Shown: piece by piece, positions 47,521 through 58,197 of the stretch
Layout of the letters: every line of letters starts with the position of its first letter
How positions within the stretch are numbered: the first letter of the stretch is position 1
From: Patescibacteria group bacterium
GTDB lineage: Bacteria > Patescibacteriota > Patescibacteriia > JAQUQO01
Reading direction: 5' to 3'
NCBI GenBank assembly: GCA_028716045.1
Contig: JAQUQO010000001.1
Span: forward strand, 798,343 to 862,342
Length of the DNA stretch: 64,000 nt
The notes under the pieces: model-generated
What the model was told of the DNA's origin: nothing
Seen by the model: the letters and a program-made list of their open reading frames with translations, nothing else
Databases searched by the model: none
Position numbers and translations under genes: made by a program

Positions 47521-48495
47521 ATGATGACCATCAAACAAATTTATGATTTAGCCATAAAAATGGGGATTAAAAACGACTTGCGCGGAGAACGGGCCGTGGC
47601 TAAACGTTTGAAAAAATTGAATGAGAAATATGCCAAACTCTCCGGAGAAGAAAAAGCGGATTTTGATAAAGAGAGTTTAGTCAATCCTTACGCCGATTCC
47701 CGGGTTTATTGCGGCCATCCAGCAAAACCGGTAAAGAGAATTTTGGCCGGCATTGATATTGATACCGGTGAGTTGATGCTGGCCAAAGAGCTTTCCAAGA
47801 TTAAGCCGATTGACTTGGTTATCAGCCATCATCCGCTCGGGTGCGGGTTGGCGGGTTTGAGCGAAGTGATGGATTTACAGGCCGAAGTTTATGCTATGTA
47901 TGGCGTGCCTATTCATATTGCCGAGAGTTTAATCAAGCCGCGAATTGCCGAAGTTTCCCGCTCGGTTTCCGGCTCTAACCATAATAAAACCGTGGACGCC
48001 GCCAAACTTCTGGGTTTGTCGTTGATGTCGCTTCATACAGCAGCGGATAATCTGGTGGCTAATTTTTTAAAGAAATATGTAGAAAAAAATAAAAGCAAAA
48101 TAGAAATCGTCGGCGATTTAGTAAAACTTTTAAAAGAAATTCCCGAATACCAAGAAGCCTGTAAAATTAAAGCCGGCCCGTCTATTTTTGCGGGAAGCAA
48201 GGAGAAAAGAACCGGCAAAATCGCTTTGACAGAAATCACTGGCGGAACATCCGGTTCCAAGGATGTTTACGAAAAACTTTCCAATGCCGGCATTGGCACG
48301 ATTGTGGGAATGCATATGCAGGAGCAATGGAAGAACGAGGCCGAGAAAGCTCATCTAAGCGTAGTCATCGCCGGGCACATGTCTTCGGATTCCCTCGGCA
48401 TGAATTTATTTTTAGATGAATTGGAAAAAAGAGGGATAGAGGTTTTAACCTGTTCGGGATTAATCAGGATTTCCAGAAATAAAAAAAGAAAATAA
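47521..48495 (+). CDS. NIF3 (YqfO/YbgI) family dinuclear-metal-centre protein.
   Basis: 'SHHP' and a C-terminal 'GHMSSD' His cluster are typical of Nif3-like proteins. Confidence 0.75.
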   Translation: MMTIKQIYDLAIKMGIKNDLRGERAVAKRLKKLNEKYAKLSGEEKADFDKESLVNPYADSRVYCGHPAKPVKRILAGIDIDTGELMLAKELSKIKPIDLVISHHPLGCGLAGLSEVMDLQAEVYAMYGVPIHIAESLIKPRIAEVSRSVSGSNHNKTVDAAKLLGLSLMSLHTAADNLVANFLKKYVEKNKSKIEIVGDLVKLLKEIPEYQEACKIKAGPSIFAGSKEKRTGKIALTEITGGTSGSKDVYEKLSNAGIGTIVGMHMQEQWKNEAEKAHLSVVIAGHMSSDSLGMNLFLDELEKRGIEVLTCSGLIRISRNKKRK

Positions 48496-48515
48496 AATTA
48501 GCAGGAGGAAAAAAA

Positions 48516-49076
48516 ATGATTTTCAGCGCAGGAGAAATCGTGGCGTATCTATCTTATGGTCTTTGTGAAATTAAAGAGGCCGTGGAAACAAAAAATGGTG
48601 AGAAGGATATCGTTTGTTTGGTGCTCGTTCCTCTTTTTAGAAACGGCAGCAAAACAAGGGTAAGTATGTCTTTTTATGCCAAAGACCCCCGCCGGGGGTT
48701 GCGGTATCCTGTTGGCAAGGAAGAGGCAGAGAAGATTTTGCGTCTGCTGGGGGATAAAAGAAAGAAGTTGAATTTAAAAAATGAATGGTCTGCCAAGTGG
48801 AAAGAATGCGACAGAATTCTGAATTCCGGAGATTTAGCAAGGATTGCCCAGCTGGCGCTTTACCTTTCCTTTCTTAAAAAAATGAACCCGAAAAATCTGT
48901 CTTTTGGCAACGAGCGCCGTTTAGAAAAAGCCTGGTTTCTATTATCAAGTGAAATTGCTTATGTCCTTGGCAAAGGGGCAGATCAAGTGAAAGAAGAAAT
49001 CAGGGCAATTGTTGATAAGCATTGGTCTAAAAAACCCCCGCGCAAAAAGGTCAAAAAACATAAAAAGCGCCGCTAA
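48516..49076 (+). CDS. CarD/CdnL-family RNA-polymerase-binding transcription factor.
   Basis: It has the N-terminal Tudor-like 'FSAGEIVAYLSYGLCEIKE' RNAP-interaction domain and a basic C-terminal tail. A terminator lies at 49066-49095. Confidence 0.55.
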   Translation: MIFSAGEIVAYLSYGLCEIKEAVETKNGEKDIVCLVLVPLFRNGSKTRVSMSFYAKDPRRGLRYPVGKEEAEKILRLLGDKRKKLNLKNEWSAKWKECDRILNSGDLARIAQLALYLSFLKKMNPKNLSFGNERRLEKAWFLLSSEIAYVLGKGADQVKEEIRAIVDKHWSKKPPRKKVKKHKKRR

Positions 49077-49365
49077 TAACCGGCGCTTTTTTATTGGGTA
49101 AGGCGTGGGTTTGGGTTATGGCAATAGGCCCTTACCCATTGACAAATTGGCAGAATTATGCTATAATAATTTGTTTATGTTATAATAGAAAAAAGAAATA
49201 GGAGGGAAAGGGAAGGCGGCGGAATTTAACCCCAAAATACAGGAGGTCCAAAATGAAGAAGAATCAATTTATTATTTTTTTGGAATTGAGGGGTATTAAT
49301 AACCGCGAGAGGAGGTGATCCGGGGATTTCTGAACCCTTACGGTGGGTTCAAATATGAAATTTTT

Positions 49366-49394
49366 CGGTCCCGAGTAATCGGGACCGTTTTTTG
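49366..49394 (+). terminator. Intrinsic terminator (TCCCGA/TCGGGA family) upstream of ruvA, following a possible 21-codon uORF.
   Basis: cggtcccgagtaatcgggaccgtttttt. Confidence 0.5.
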
Positions 49395-49428
49395 CTTTTT
49401 AAGGGCCAAAATGATATTATAGTTTAAT

Positions 49429-49986
49429 ATGTTAGCGTATTTAAAAGGGAAAATAGTTTATTTGGGATTTAACTCGGTAATTATAGAAAACGGGCAGGGC
49501 CTTGGCTATGAAATTTTTTTATTGCCCAAGCAGGCCGTCCGGCTGAAAGCCGGCGCAATAGCGGAATTTTATCTTTATGAGAATATCCGTGAAGATGCTT
49601 ATGATTTGTACGGCTTTTTGACCATGGAAGAGCTGGCTTTTTTTAAAAAATTAATCAATGTCAGCGGCGTCGGGCCGAAATCAGCCCAGCTTATTTTGGG
49701 CTTGGGGAAAATTGCCGAGATAGAGTCGGCCATAGACAGCGGTAACGTGGATTTTTTGACCCGTGTTTCCGGCATCGGGACCAAGACCGCCGAACGAATA
49801 ATTTTGGAGTTGAAGGGAAAACTTATTTTTAGCAATAAGCCCAAAGAAGAAAGCGACATTGAAGCCATCGACGCGTTGATGAAGTTGGGATATACTAAAG
49901 TCCAAGCCGGCGAGGCGGTCGGGGGAGTGAGCGAGGCCAAAACCACCGAAGAAAAAATAAAAATGGCGTTAAAAAATTTAGGGTAA
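49429..49986 (+). CDS. ruvA: Holliday junction DNA helicase RuvA.
   Basis: It has an OB-fold N-terminus and the tandem HhH 'LINVSGVGPKSAQLIL...VSGIGTKTAERIILELK'. Confidence 0.85.
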   Translation: MLAYLKGKIVYLGFNSVIIENGQGLGYEIFLLPKQAVRLKAGAIAEFYLYENIREDAYDLYGFLTMEELAFFKKLINVSGVGPKSAQLILGLGKIAEIESAIDSGNVDFLTRVSGIGTKTAERIILELKGKLIFSNKPKEESDIEAIDALMKLGYTKVQAGEAVGGVSEAKTTEEKIKMALKNLG

Positions 49987-49994
49987 TATTAAAA

Positions 49995-50978
49995 ATGAAA
50001 ATTGTTGAAATAAAAGATAAAATTTTTTGGAATAATTTTGTAAAGCAGAATGGAGAATATTCTGCTTTTTTGCAGTCATGGGAATGGGGCGAGTTTCAGA
50101 AAAATTTAGGTCGAAAATTTTGGAGATTGGGAGGAGAAGAAGACGGTCAGCTTATTGGGGTGGCATTAGTTATTAAAAATAATTTACCACTGGGGAAAAG
50201 TTATTTGTATATACCGAGAGGGCCGATAACAACTTATAACTCACAACTTGAAACTCATAACTTTTTAGAAAAAATTATTGAGTATATTAATGACAAGAGC
50301 ATTATTTTTATGAGATTTGAGCCGCCACAGCAATTTACAATTGACAATTTACAATTGACAGCCAAAAAAGTTGGCGCTGTTCAACCTGAGCATTCCTTGA
50401 TTTTGGATTTAGGCAAGAGTGAGGAAGAATTATTGGGAGCGATGCATCCTAAAACCCGTTACAATATTCATTTAGCCGAGAAAAGGGGAGTAAAGGTTTA
50501 TTTTCGGAAAGAAAAAGAAGACGCAGAGAATTTTTGGCGGCTGCTTCAGGAAACCGCCAGCCGCGATGAATTTAGAGCTCACGATAAAAATTATTATCAG
50601 AGGATGTTGGAATTAGAAAATGTTTATGTGGCGACAGCGGAATATCAGGGTAAGGTTTTAGCGGCGAATATAATTATCAATTGGGGCGAGACAGCCACAT
50701 ATTTACACGGCGCTTCTTCTAATCAAGAACGGCAGGTAATGGCGCCGCATCTTTTGCAATGGGAGACAATTAAAAGAGCCAAAGCCGAGGGGTATAAATA
50801 TTATGATTTTTGGGGCATTGCTCCCCCGGGTTCTTCTAAAGCCAAATCCTGGGCGGGAATAACTAGATTTAAAAAAGGTTTCGGAGGAGAAGAAGTAAAA
50901 TATCCCGGAACCTACGATAAAGTTATTAGTGCTTGGTGGTACCAATTTTATAATTTAGGGAGAAAAGTCATCTTTTAA
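49995..50978 (+). CDS. FemAB-family peptidoglycan interpeptide-bridge aminoacyltransferase (tRNA-dependent).
   Basis: 'FLQSWEWGEFQ' and the duplicated GNAT-like layout of FemX/FemAB are present. Confidence 0.7.
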   Translation: MKIVEIKDKIFWNNFVKQNGEYSAFLQSWEWGEFQKNLGRKFWRLGGEEDGQLIGVALVIKNNLPLGKSYLYIPRGPITTYNSQLETHNFLEKIIEYINDKSIIFMRFEPPQQFTIDNLQLTAKKVGAVQPEHSLILDLGKSEEELLGAMHPKTRYNIHLAEKRGVKVYFRKEKEDAENFWRLLQETASRDEFRAHDKNYYQRMLELENVYVATAEYQGKVLAANIIINWGETATYLHGASSNQERQVMAPHLLQWETIKRAKAEGYKYYDFWGIAPPGSSKAKSWAGITRFKKGFGGEEVKYPGTYDKVISAWWYQFYNLGRKVIF

Positions 50979-51040
50979 AATTTTGGGTAAAAAATAAAAA
51001 CTCCCCCGTATTCCGCCGGGGGAGTTTTTGAAATAGAAAA

Positions 51041-52948
51041 TTATTTACTTACGATTCCCTTACCCTCGGCCATGGGGTCACTGTCTAAATTAGTGGTAAC
51101 GGGTCCGGCGGTAAGGAGAATTTGAGCGTTAGTTTTTTTATCATAGGCCTCCAGCGCGGTTTCGGGCGTGAGTTTGATAAAATTACCGGCCTCGGCAGGT
51201 GTGGGGGTAATACTGACTTCAAAACTCCCCTCCAGCTCTCTTACTGAAAGCGGGAGGCGATTGATAGTCCAGATTATTTCCCTGGTATTGACGTTAAAAT
51301 TTAACTGCCCGGCGGAAACTACCGATTTGCCGGTCCAATAAACATTGTCCGGCAGGATAGTTTTAACCTTGACATTGGAAATTTCATGGACAGAATTAGA
51401 GAGTTTCCAGATGACGCGGTAGCTAGTGGCTTTATTGACTTCGGGCGGTAAAGGGCCGGAACCGAGCGCGATATTGTCATCGTTAAAATAGCGGCCCATA
51501 ACTTCCAGCGCCAAATCAGAATTCAGCTCATTGGCGATTGTTTTGGAAGTAATAGTCGTGCCGGTTTTGGAATCACCTACTTCCCCGATTTCTATATCTA
51601 CCCAACTTAATAATGAACTGGCGATTTCTCCTTCTCCCTTGAAATCAGCCCGATTTTTTATTTTAATTTGCCAATTTATTGTGCCTTCTTCGTCTGGTTT
51701 AAGCGTGGCCAAAGATTTAATTTCTTCGCTGGTCCAGATTATTTTTTGGCCCTCTATTTTGCCCTCGTTTTCATCGACTAAACTTTTCCAATCGGGGAGA
51801 TCGCCGGACAGATTAGCTTTAATTACTAAATCTTTAATCGTCGTTTGCCCTTTGTTTTTATAGACCAAAGAATAATTTAAAGTATCGCCGAAGTTGATTG
51901 TTTGATTGTCAGTTGAACCGTTGATGATTAAATTAGCGATTAGTTCACCCTTGAGCACTTCCAAGAGAAAGGTTTTTTCTTGCTGTAAATACCATTCACC
52001 GGTGGCGTTTTGCAAACTGACTTGCAGGGTGATTTCTTGTTTGCCGCTGGTATCAGAAAGAAAGGTTCCGGAGAAATCTATTTTTTGCTCTTCTGCCGGT
52101 TTGAGTTCCGGAATTATCCAGGCATTTTCCTCGGCCGGTTCAACAATAGCCTTGAGAGATAGATTATCTGGTTTGCGAATGGATATTTTGATATTAGTAA
52201 GCGCTTCCGGAGAATTGTTTTTATACTTTATGGAAAAATCAGTCGGTTCGCCGGCGATAATCTCCTCCGGAGAATCAAGCGCCACGTCAATTACCGAGGA
52301 AGTTATTTTAGTATTTAAGGAAGCCACTTCTTGAAAGTCAGCGTTGAAATTAGAGGGGCGATAATCAAAATAAATAGTGATGGTTTTGTCGGAATTGATA
52401 TTACCGAGAAGCTTGCCGGTAATTTTTATTTCACCTTCGGAGCGAGAGGCGATAGTGCCCAGCGACCAGCGGTTTTTATTTTCATTCAGAGGCTGGGGCG
52501 TGGCGGAAGCGAAAACAAACCCTTGGGGATATTGGGCGGTAATTTCCACTTTAGAGATGGGGATTTTTTCCTCATTGCGATATTTAACGATATAATTTAT
52601 TTCTTGACCGGAGGAAAAAGTTTCCGGGCCGGTTATTTCCACGCGGATATTTTCCCCTTTAAATTTTGTTAAACCGCCAAAAACAAAAAACCCCAGCCAG
52701 GCGGCGATGGCCAGCAGACCGAGAAAGGAGCCGGTCAGTATCAGGGTATTCCTTAGACGATGAGATTTGATTTTTTCCAGCTTAGACATGTCCGGCAAGC
52801 CATTTTCGTCTTTATAGATGCCGATAAGTTCTTCCGGCACAGACCGTTTGCCGTTTTTTTGAGTTTTTATTTTGGCCAGAGTTTTATTCTTTCCTATCTC
52901 GGTAGCGATGTCTCGGGGCGTAATTTTGGGTTTACTATTTTTAGCCAT
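51041..52948 (-). CDS. Membrane-anchored surface protein with repeated beta-sandwich (DUF11/CARDB-like) domains.
   Basis: An N-terminal TM anchor is followed by about 550 residues of beta-rich repeats. The start is taken at MAKNSKPK to avoid overlap with the upstream gene. Confidence 0.45.
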   Translation of the reverse strand: MAKNSKPKITPRDIATEIGKNKTLAKIKTQKNGKRSVPEELIGIYKDENGLPDMSKLEKIKSHRLRNTLILTGSFLGLLAIAAWLGFFVFGGLTKFKGENIRVEITGPETFSSGQEINYIVKYRNEEKIPISKVEITAQYPQGFVFASATPQPLNENKNRWSLGTIASRSEGEIKITGKLLGNINSDKTITIYFDYRPSNFNADFQEVASLNTKITSSVIDVALDSPEEIIAGEPTDFSIKYKNNSPEALTNIKISIRKPDNLSLKAIVEPAEENAWIIPELKPAEEQKIDFSGTFLSDTSGKQEITLQVSLQNATGEWYLQQEKTFLLEVLKGELIANLIINGSTDNQTINFGDTLNYSLVYKNKGQTTIKDLVIKANLSGDLPDWKSLVDENEGKIEGQKIIWTSEEIKSLATLKPDEEGTINWQIKIKNRADFKGEGEIASSLLSWVDIEIGEVGDSKTGTTITSKTIANELNSDLALEVMGRYFNDDNIALGSGPLPPEVNKATSYRVIWKLSNSVHEISNVKVKTILPDNVYWTGKSVVSAGQLNFNVNTREIIWTINRLPLSVRELEGSFEVSITPTPAEAGNFIKLTPETALEAYDKKTNAQILLTAGPVTTNLDSDPMAEGKGIVSK

Positions 52949-52971
52949 ATTTTTATAAGTAGCGATAAAAA

Positions 52972-55755
52972 TTATTTTTGGAGAATAAAGGCAGTCACCC
53001 GGTCGGTGGAGAGCGGGAAGGAAGCTTTCCAAATATCATCCGCCGCCACCTGCAAAGCGTGAGGATATTTCCAGAACATTTTCAAATTATTCGGAAGTTT
53101 TATGGTTTGGGAAAAATGTCCGTTAGTGCCAGCCTGTTTTTGGATAAGCAGCGTGTAGAGATATTTTTCCGCTTTACTATCTTTTAAAAAGCTCAAAAAA
53201 CTTTTATTTTGTCCTTTACTTTTCAAAACAAACGGCAGGCGATATTTAAAAGTAAGAGAACGAGAGTGCCCGGGCTTAACCTGAAGCCAATTGGCAAAAG
53301 CCGTCTTGCCAAATTCGGTCGTTATTTCCGTCCCCGTCGCCTTATCGATTGCTGCGGGCCCGATAATTTTTTGGAGATCTGGGTCGGAAATTAAATTATC
53401 AGCCGGCTTTTCAAAAAGTTCATTTTCCGGTTTACTTTGCCCTTCTACCGCTAAAAGCTCACTGCCTTGCGGCACGTATATTTTTAAATAATCTATATTT
53501 TTAGTTCCGACAAATTCCTCCCCCTCTGCCCCGCGATGCGTTTTAGTAATTTTCACCGTATTAATTATTTCTCCGTTTTTGTTTATCTCCGTGGAGAGTG
53601 AAATTTCTTCATCAATGACGCGGTCGCTTTTACCTCCCGCGATATTGGTGTGAACTACCGCTAAATAGTCGCAGGGAGCGGTTTGTAGGCTTCCGCTCCA
53701 GCCCAAATTATCTACAAGTTTTTCCAATTGCGGTTCGTTAAAATACAGCTGAATGTCTTTCTCGTCCAGCGCTTCATTAATTATTCGCAGCATACGAAGA
53801 TATTGCCCCTGATCGCTTTGCAGAATTTTTTCTAACAGTTCGCCGGTTAAATCGCCGATAATTTTTTTAGATTTAGCGGTTTCGGCGAATTTTTTTTCGG
53901 CCTCTTTTTGGGCGATTCGCCAGAAATTTCCGCTGTTAATGGTCGCGCCATATTCTGACTCCATACTAATGGGTCCAGTAATCTCCAGAAGTTTTTCCAC
54001 TACTGACGGCGTAATAGCGATTACTCCGTCAATCGTCGGGCCGCCGCTTTTTTCGTAGAACCACATCATTTTTTGAGCGGAAGTTGGAAAGTCAGCAAAC
54101 CAATTGGAGTCCTGAAATTGCCAGCGCGTGTTAACAAGATGCAACGGTTCCGGCGCCAAAACAAATTCTTTCAATCCGCCATTCATATCATAGGTCCCGC
54201 CCCCGGGGATTTTCAGTTTTTTTATTTCTCCACGGTCAAGGTCTAAAAGAGCAAAACTGCCTAAAAACCCGCCGGTCGGGCGAAGTTCGGCGTTATTTTG
54301 AAAAAATATCAAATATCTTTTTCCTTCTTCGTGCCCCAAAACGCGGAGCAGGGCGTCGGAAAATTTGGTGAAATTTTTAATGTTGACGATTAAAAGGGGT
54401 AATGATTTTTGAGTAAGTTTAAAAGTTTCGCGGTACTCCAATGGTATAGTTTCACTTTTAATTTCAGAGATATTAAGGCCGGCTTCTTCGAGGAGCGGCA
54501 AGGATTTTTTAATAGAACTATCCAGCAAACTAAGTTTTTGAGTAAGATGTAGGCCGGGTTTTTTTTCTAAAGAAGAAAAAACATTGGTTAGAATTTTCCC
54601 GGCGGCCGCGATGTTTTCTCCGGCTTTGATGAGTTTAGCCCCGGCAGTTATTTGGTTATCAACCGGTAAGATGTTAGCCATGGCGTTAAGAGCGGAGTTT
54701 AAACCGCCAAGTTCCTGCCGGACGGTTTCAAAATTTTTAAGAGCCAGCGCAAATTCTTCCCCCGCTTGCCCGGGATTTTTAAAACTTTCATTTTTACCTC
54801 CTTCAAGATGCGCCAAGGCCTCGGAGCTGATGCCTAAAATTTTTCCTTTAGTTTCTTTTAAAGATTCGTAATAAGCGATGCCTCGGAGCGGCAGAACAAT
54901 CATTATTCCCAAAAGGCAGAAAGAGATTAGTTTTCTTCCCCATCCTTCCGGCGGGACAATTTCCAGCGCCAGCAGGCGGTTATTAATTTGTTTAAAGAAC
55001 CAGGCGCAGAAAATAAACGGCGCAGCGATAATTCCGCCGATAATTTTTAGAATACTGCCGGCAGTTGCCAGATATCCCCTGGCGTTTTTTTTAACCGCCG
55101 GGGGAAAGAAAAAATTTCCTAAAAAACGGAACGCGGCGGTTAGGGTTTTAGCCAAATAAATAAAGCCGCGGAAAATTTTATAAAACCCTAGTCCGACAAG
55201 TTCAAATAAATTAACAATAAGAAGTTCTTTTTTGATTGGTTCTTCCCAAGTTTTCAGATGGTCCTTAGTCACGGAGGCGGCCGGCAATTTAATTTTTGGC
55301 CAAAAAATTCCCTTTTTATTCAGGTTGCCTGTTAACGGGGAAGCATTTTTACTAAGTAGCGGCTGTTCGGCGGAAGAAGTTTTTTTCAAATCAATAATAT
55401 ATGGGGATTTTTTGTGAAGATAAGAATTGTCGCGGATTATTTTGATTTCCGTTTTTACCGTTGGTTTAGTTGTGTAGCCGCGCGGCGGGGTTTCTTTTTT
55501 TTCGGAAACAAAGTTTAGGGCTTTGGTAATCGGCAGGTTATAGAGAGTTTTCCGAGGGGAGATTCTAAGTGATTTAATGGTTTGATATTTTTTTAATTTT
55601 TTTTCCGCCCAAAGCAAGGCTTCTTCAAGAGTTTGTCTTTTGGGAGCTGTTTCCTTTTTACTAAGTTTATTTAATTTTAGAGCCTTCCTCTTTTTTGCCA
55701 GCAAGGTTTTTCTTTTAATTTTCTTTGGGCTTTTTTGTTTTTTAGTTTTAGCCAT
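52972..55755 (-). CDS. Large membrane-anchored protein, DUF4012-like.
   Basis: A basic N-terminus is followed by a TM region, then a large extracytoplasmic domain with 'GGGTYDMNGGL' and 'NTRWQFQDSNWFADFP' segments reminiscent of DUF4012. Confidence 0.45.
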   Translation of the reverse strand: MAKTKKQKSPKKIKRKTLLAKKRKALKLNKLSKKETAPKRQTLEEALLWAEKKLKKYQTIKSLRISPRKTLYNLPITKALNFVSEKKETPPRGYTTKPTVKTEIKIIRDNSYLHKKSPYIIDLKKTSSAEQPLLSKNASPLTGNLNKKGIFWPKIKLPAASVTKDHLKTWEEPIKKELLIVNLFELVGLGFYKIFRGFIYLAKTLTAAFRFLGNFFFPPAVKKNARGYLATAGSILKIIGGIIAAPFIFCAWFFKQINNRLLALEIVPPEGWGRKLISFCLLGIMIVLPLRGIAYYESLKETKGKILGISSEALAHLEGGKNESFKNPGQAGEEFALALKNFETVRQELGGLNSALNAMANILPVDNQITAGAKLIKAGENIAAAGKILTNVFSSLEKKPGLHLTQKLSLLDSSIKKSLPLLEEAGLNISEIKSETIPLEYRETFKLTQKSLPLLIVNIKNFTKFSDALLRVLGHEEGKRYLIFFQNNAELRPTGGFLGSFALLDLDRGEIKKLKIPGGGTYDMNGGLKEFVLAPEPLHLVNTRWQFQDSNWFADFPTSAQKMMWFYEKSGGPTIDGVIAITPSVVEKLLEITGPISMESEYGATINSGNFWRIAQKEAEKKFAETAKSKKIIGDLTGELLEKILQSDQGQYLRMLRIINEALDEKDIQLYFNEPQLEKLVDNLGWSGSLQTAPCDYLAVVHTNIAGGKSDRVIDEEISLSTEINKNGEIINTVKITKTHRGAEGEEFVGTKNIDYLKIYVPQGSELLAVEGQSKPENELFEKPADNLISDPDLQKIIGPAAIDKATGTEITTEFGKTAFANWLQVKPGHSRSLTFKYRLPFVLKSKGQNKSFLSFLKDSKAEKYLYTLLIQKQAGTNGHFSQTIKLPNNLKMFWKYPHALQVAADDIWKASFPLSTDRVTAFILQK

Positions 55756-56899
55756 GAAATTGGTTTTTGAGGCTATTATAGGCGATTAAAGTTTTGTGCG
55801 CTGTTTCCCGCCAGCTGTACTTTTTTATTTGTTCAAATCCTTTTTTCTTTAAGTCGGCGCGGAACCCTTCGTCTTTTAGAGCGCGGGTTATCACTTCCGC
55901 AGTATTTTCCAGATTTTGAGGGTCAAAGTAAACGGCCGCTTCGCCCAGCACTTCGGGCAGGGATGAGGTCTTGGCGGCCGCTACCGGCAGGCCGTAAATC
56001 ATGGCTTCCAGCGGAGGCAGGCCAAAACCTTCAAACATAGAGGGGAAAACATATAACTGGGCGTGGCGATAAAGGTCGGCGAGAATGGCTTCCGGCGCAA
56101 AACCGAAAAAGATAACGTCGGGGTCATTATTTCCTTTTTCTAATCTTTCATAGAAATAATCTTTTTTGCCGACCAATACCAATTGTAGATTATCGTTAAA
56201 CCCACCCTTTATTTTTTTGAAAATTTGGATTAAGAGTTCCAGATTTTTGTGAGGATAGGCATTGCCGACGTAAAGTAAAAATGGTTTGGATATTCCACAT
56301 TCGCCAAGAAATTTTTTTTCCGGCATTTTCAGCTGGCCGTGTTCCACCCCGTCGCAGGCGCAGTAAGTGACGATAATTTTTTCCGCCGGAACTTTAAAAT
56401 GTTTTAGAATATCCTGCTTGGTAAATTCCGAAACGGCAAAAATTTTTTCTGCTTTGTTTACCGCCCGTCTAATCACTTTTTTATAGACCCAGTATTTTAT
56501 TTTATAAAACAGCGGCGAAAGAGTGGTGGCCCGCACGGTGGGGAAGCGATAAAGAATCAGGTCATGGATGGTGACAACGAACGGCCGGTTATAAAAAATC
56601 GGAATGTTGAAATGAGGAAAGTGCATCAGGTCAACTTGGGCGCGGCGGATGACGCGGGGCATCAGCAATTGTTCCGCCATGGTGTACCAGCGGTAATCGG
56701 CCAGAACTTTTTTAAAGCGAGGATTGCTCGGCTGGTAAGAATTCCAGTTTTCTTTTCGTAAAAAAATAACATATTGGTTTTCTTGGTCAAGACGTTCCAA
56801 ATTTTCAATCAGCCGCTCGGTGTAGCGCCCGAGGCCTTTGCCGACTGGACCAAAAAATCTAGCATCAATTCCTATTTTCATAGGGTTATTATAGCACAA
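55748..56899 (-). CDS. GT4-family glycosyltransferase.
   Basis: It has the C-terminal 'EGFGLPPLEAM' motif and a GT-B fold. Confidence 0.8.
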   Translation of the reverse strand: MCYNNPMKIGIDARFFGPVGKGLGRYTERLIENLERLDQENQYVIFLRKENWNSYQPSNPRFKKVLADYRWYTMAEQLLMPRVIRRAQVDLMHFPHFNIPIFYNRPFVVTIHDLILYRFPTVRATTLSPLFYKIKYWVYKKVIRRAVNKAEKIFAVSEFTKQDILKHFKVPAEKIIVTYCACDGVEHGQLKMPEKKFLGECGISKPFLLYVGNAYPHKNLELLIQIFKKIKGGFNDNLQLVLVGKKDYFYERLEKGNNDPDVIFFGFAPEAILADLYRHAQLYVFPSMFEGFGLPPLEAMIYGLPVAAAKTSSLPEVLGEAAVYFDPQNLENTAEVITRALKDEGFRADLKKKGFEQIKKYSWRETAHKTLIAYNSLKNQFHG

Positions 56900-57113
56900 A
56901 TGTTAAAATCGTTAAAGCTGTTCGGTCGTACTAGGCGTCAGTTTAGAATGACACGTTAAAATGTGGCGAACATATTATTCCCCTCCTTAGACAAGCCTGC
57001 CTGCGGTTCGACTGAGCTCACCGAAGTCCGGCAGACAGGGTGGTTGAATTTTTGTTTTTTTAAAATAAAAACGGCGTCTGATTTCAGACGCCGGTAGTTT
57101 TTTGAGGAATTTT

Positions 57114-57929
57114 TTAGCTGGCCGGGGTGAGGTGGAATTTGAACAGCCGCTTGGAAATAATCTCGTAATTGACTATTCCAAACCCTGCTCCAAAGATTCC
57201 GCCGCAGATGACGAGAAAGATAAAAGTCGCGGTAGTAAGCGGGGCAAGGTTTAAGCTTAAGAAATAGGCAATCATTGTCCCTAACCCCGCGTCCACTCCG
57301 CAGAGCAGCCGTTCGTTAGAATGGATGAGTTTGAAGAGGGTCCAGGGGAATTTTACTGCAAATTTTAATACGCCGATAATTATGGCAGAGGATAAAACCA
57401 AAGTACCCTGAAGTAAGAATATTATTCTCCGCCCCGACATTCGGACAATTTTACCGTAAGGGAGTGAGAAAATGTCATTTATGTTTATTTTATCCCCACT
57501 TTCAGACGCCACAAGAAGCATTGTGACAATAAATAGGGCAAACCCACAAAGGAGAGAAAGGAAGATGAAGAGGAAAGTTATAACCGGAATTCCTTCTGGG
57601 ATTATCGGGTTTGACGTAAAAGATGGGAGAAATGTTAAAGTAGTGAAAAAGACAGAGCTATAAAATAACCCCAAGAAGAAAGCCGGCCGTTCCTCGAAAA
57701 AAAATTCCTTTAGTTCCATAAATATTGGGGAGAATATTTTTTTAGCTGTCATCTCCCACGCTTCCGGTATAGCCGCCAGCACTGCGCGGAATTCGTAAGC
57801 AAGGTACCCGGCGGCAAAGCCGGCGAATACTCCCAGCCACCAAAACATGGGGGCGACAAGCAGTGCCACGATTGTGCCAATCACTCCGCCGATAAAGCAG
57901 GCCAAGCCAATCTTATAAGTTTTTCTCAT
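57114..57929 (-). CDS. Polytopic membrane protein (hypothetical).
   Basis: A 271-aa ORF with about eight TM helices. Confidence 0.4.
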   Translation of the reverse strand: MRKTYKIGLACFIGGVIGTIVALLVAPMFWWLGVFAGFAAGYLAYEFRAVLAAIPEAWEMTAKKIFSPIFMELKEFFFEERPAFFLGLFYSSVFFTTLTFLPSFTSNPIIPEGIPVITFLFIFLSLLCGFALFIVTMLLVASESGDKININDIFSLPYGKIVRMSGRRIIFLLQGTLVLSSAIIIGVLKFAVKFPWTLFKLIHSNERLLCGVDAGLGTMIAYFLSLNLAPLTTATFIFLVICGGIFGAGFGIVNYEIISKRLFKFHLTPAS

Positions 57930-58197
57930 TTTTCGTTCCTTTCTTATGTTGTTTAATTTTCAATTTACGTTATTTTAACCTTAAAATAGTTATTTTCAAG
58001 GATTTTTTATTGTATATTTTTTATGAAAATTTGTCAAGGGCTATATAGTTTATTTATGGATTTAATAAGTCATCGTAAAAACACCTCTCTGCCTCTCCCT
58101 TTTTCAAAGGGAGAGAACGCGCTAAATTTTTTTATCCCCCCTTGAAAAAGGGGGTGCTCCGATCCCGAGGACTCGGGATCGGAGCGGGGGATTTTAG

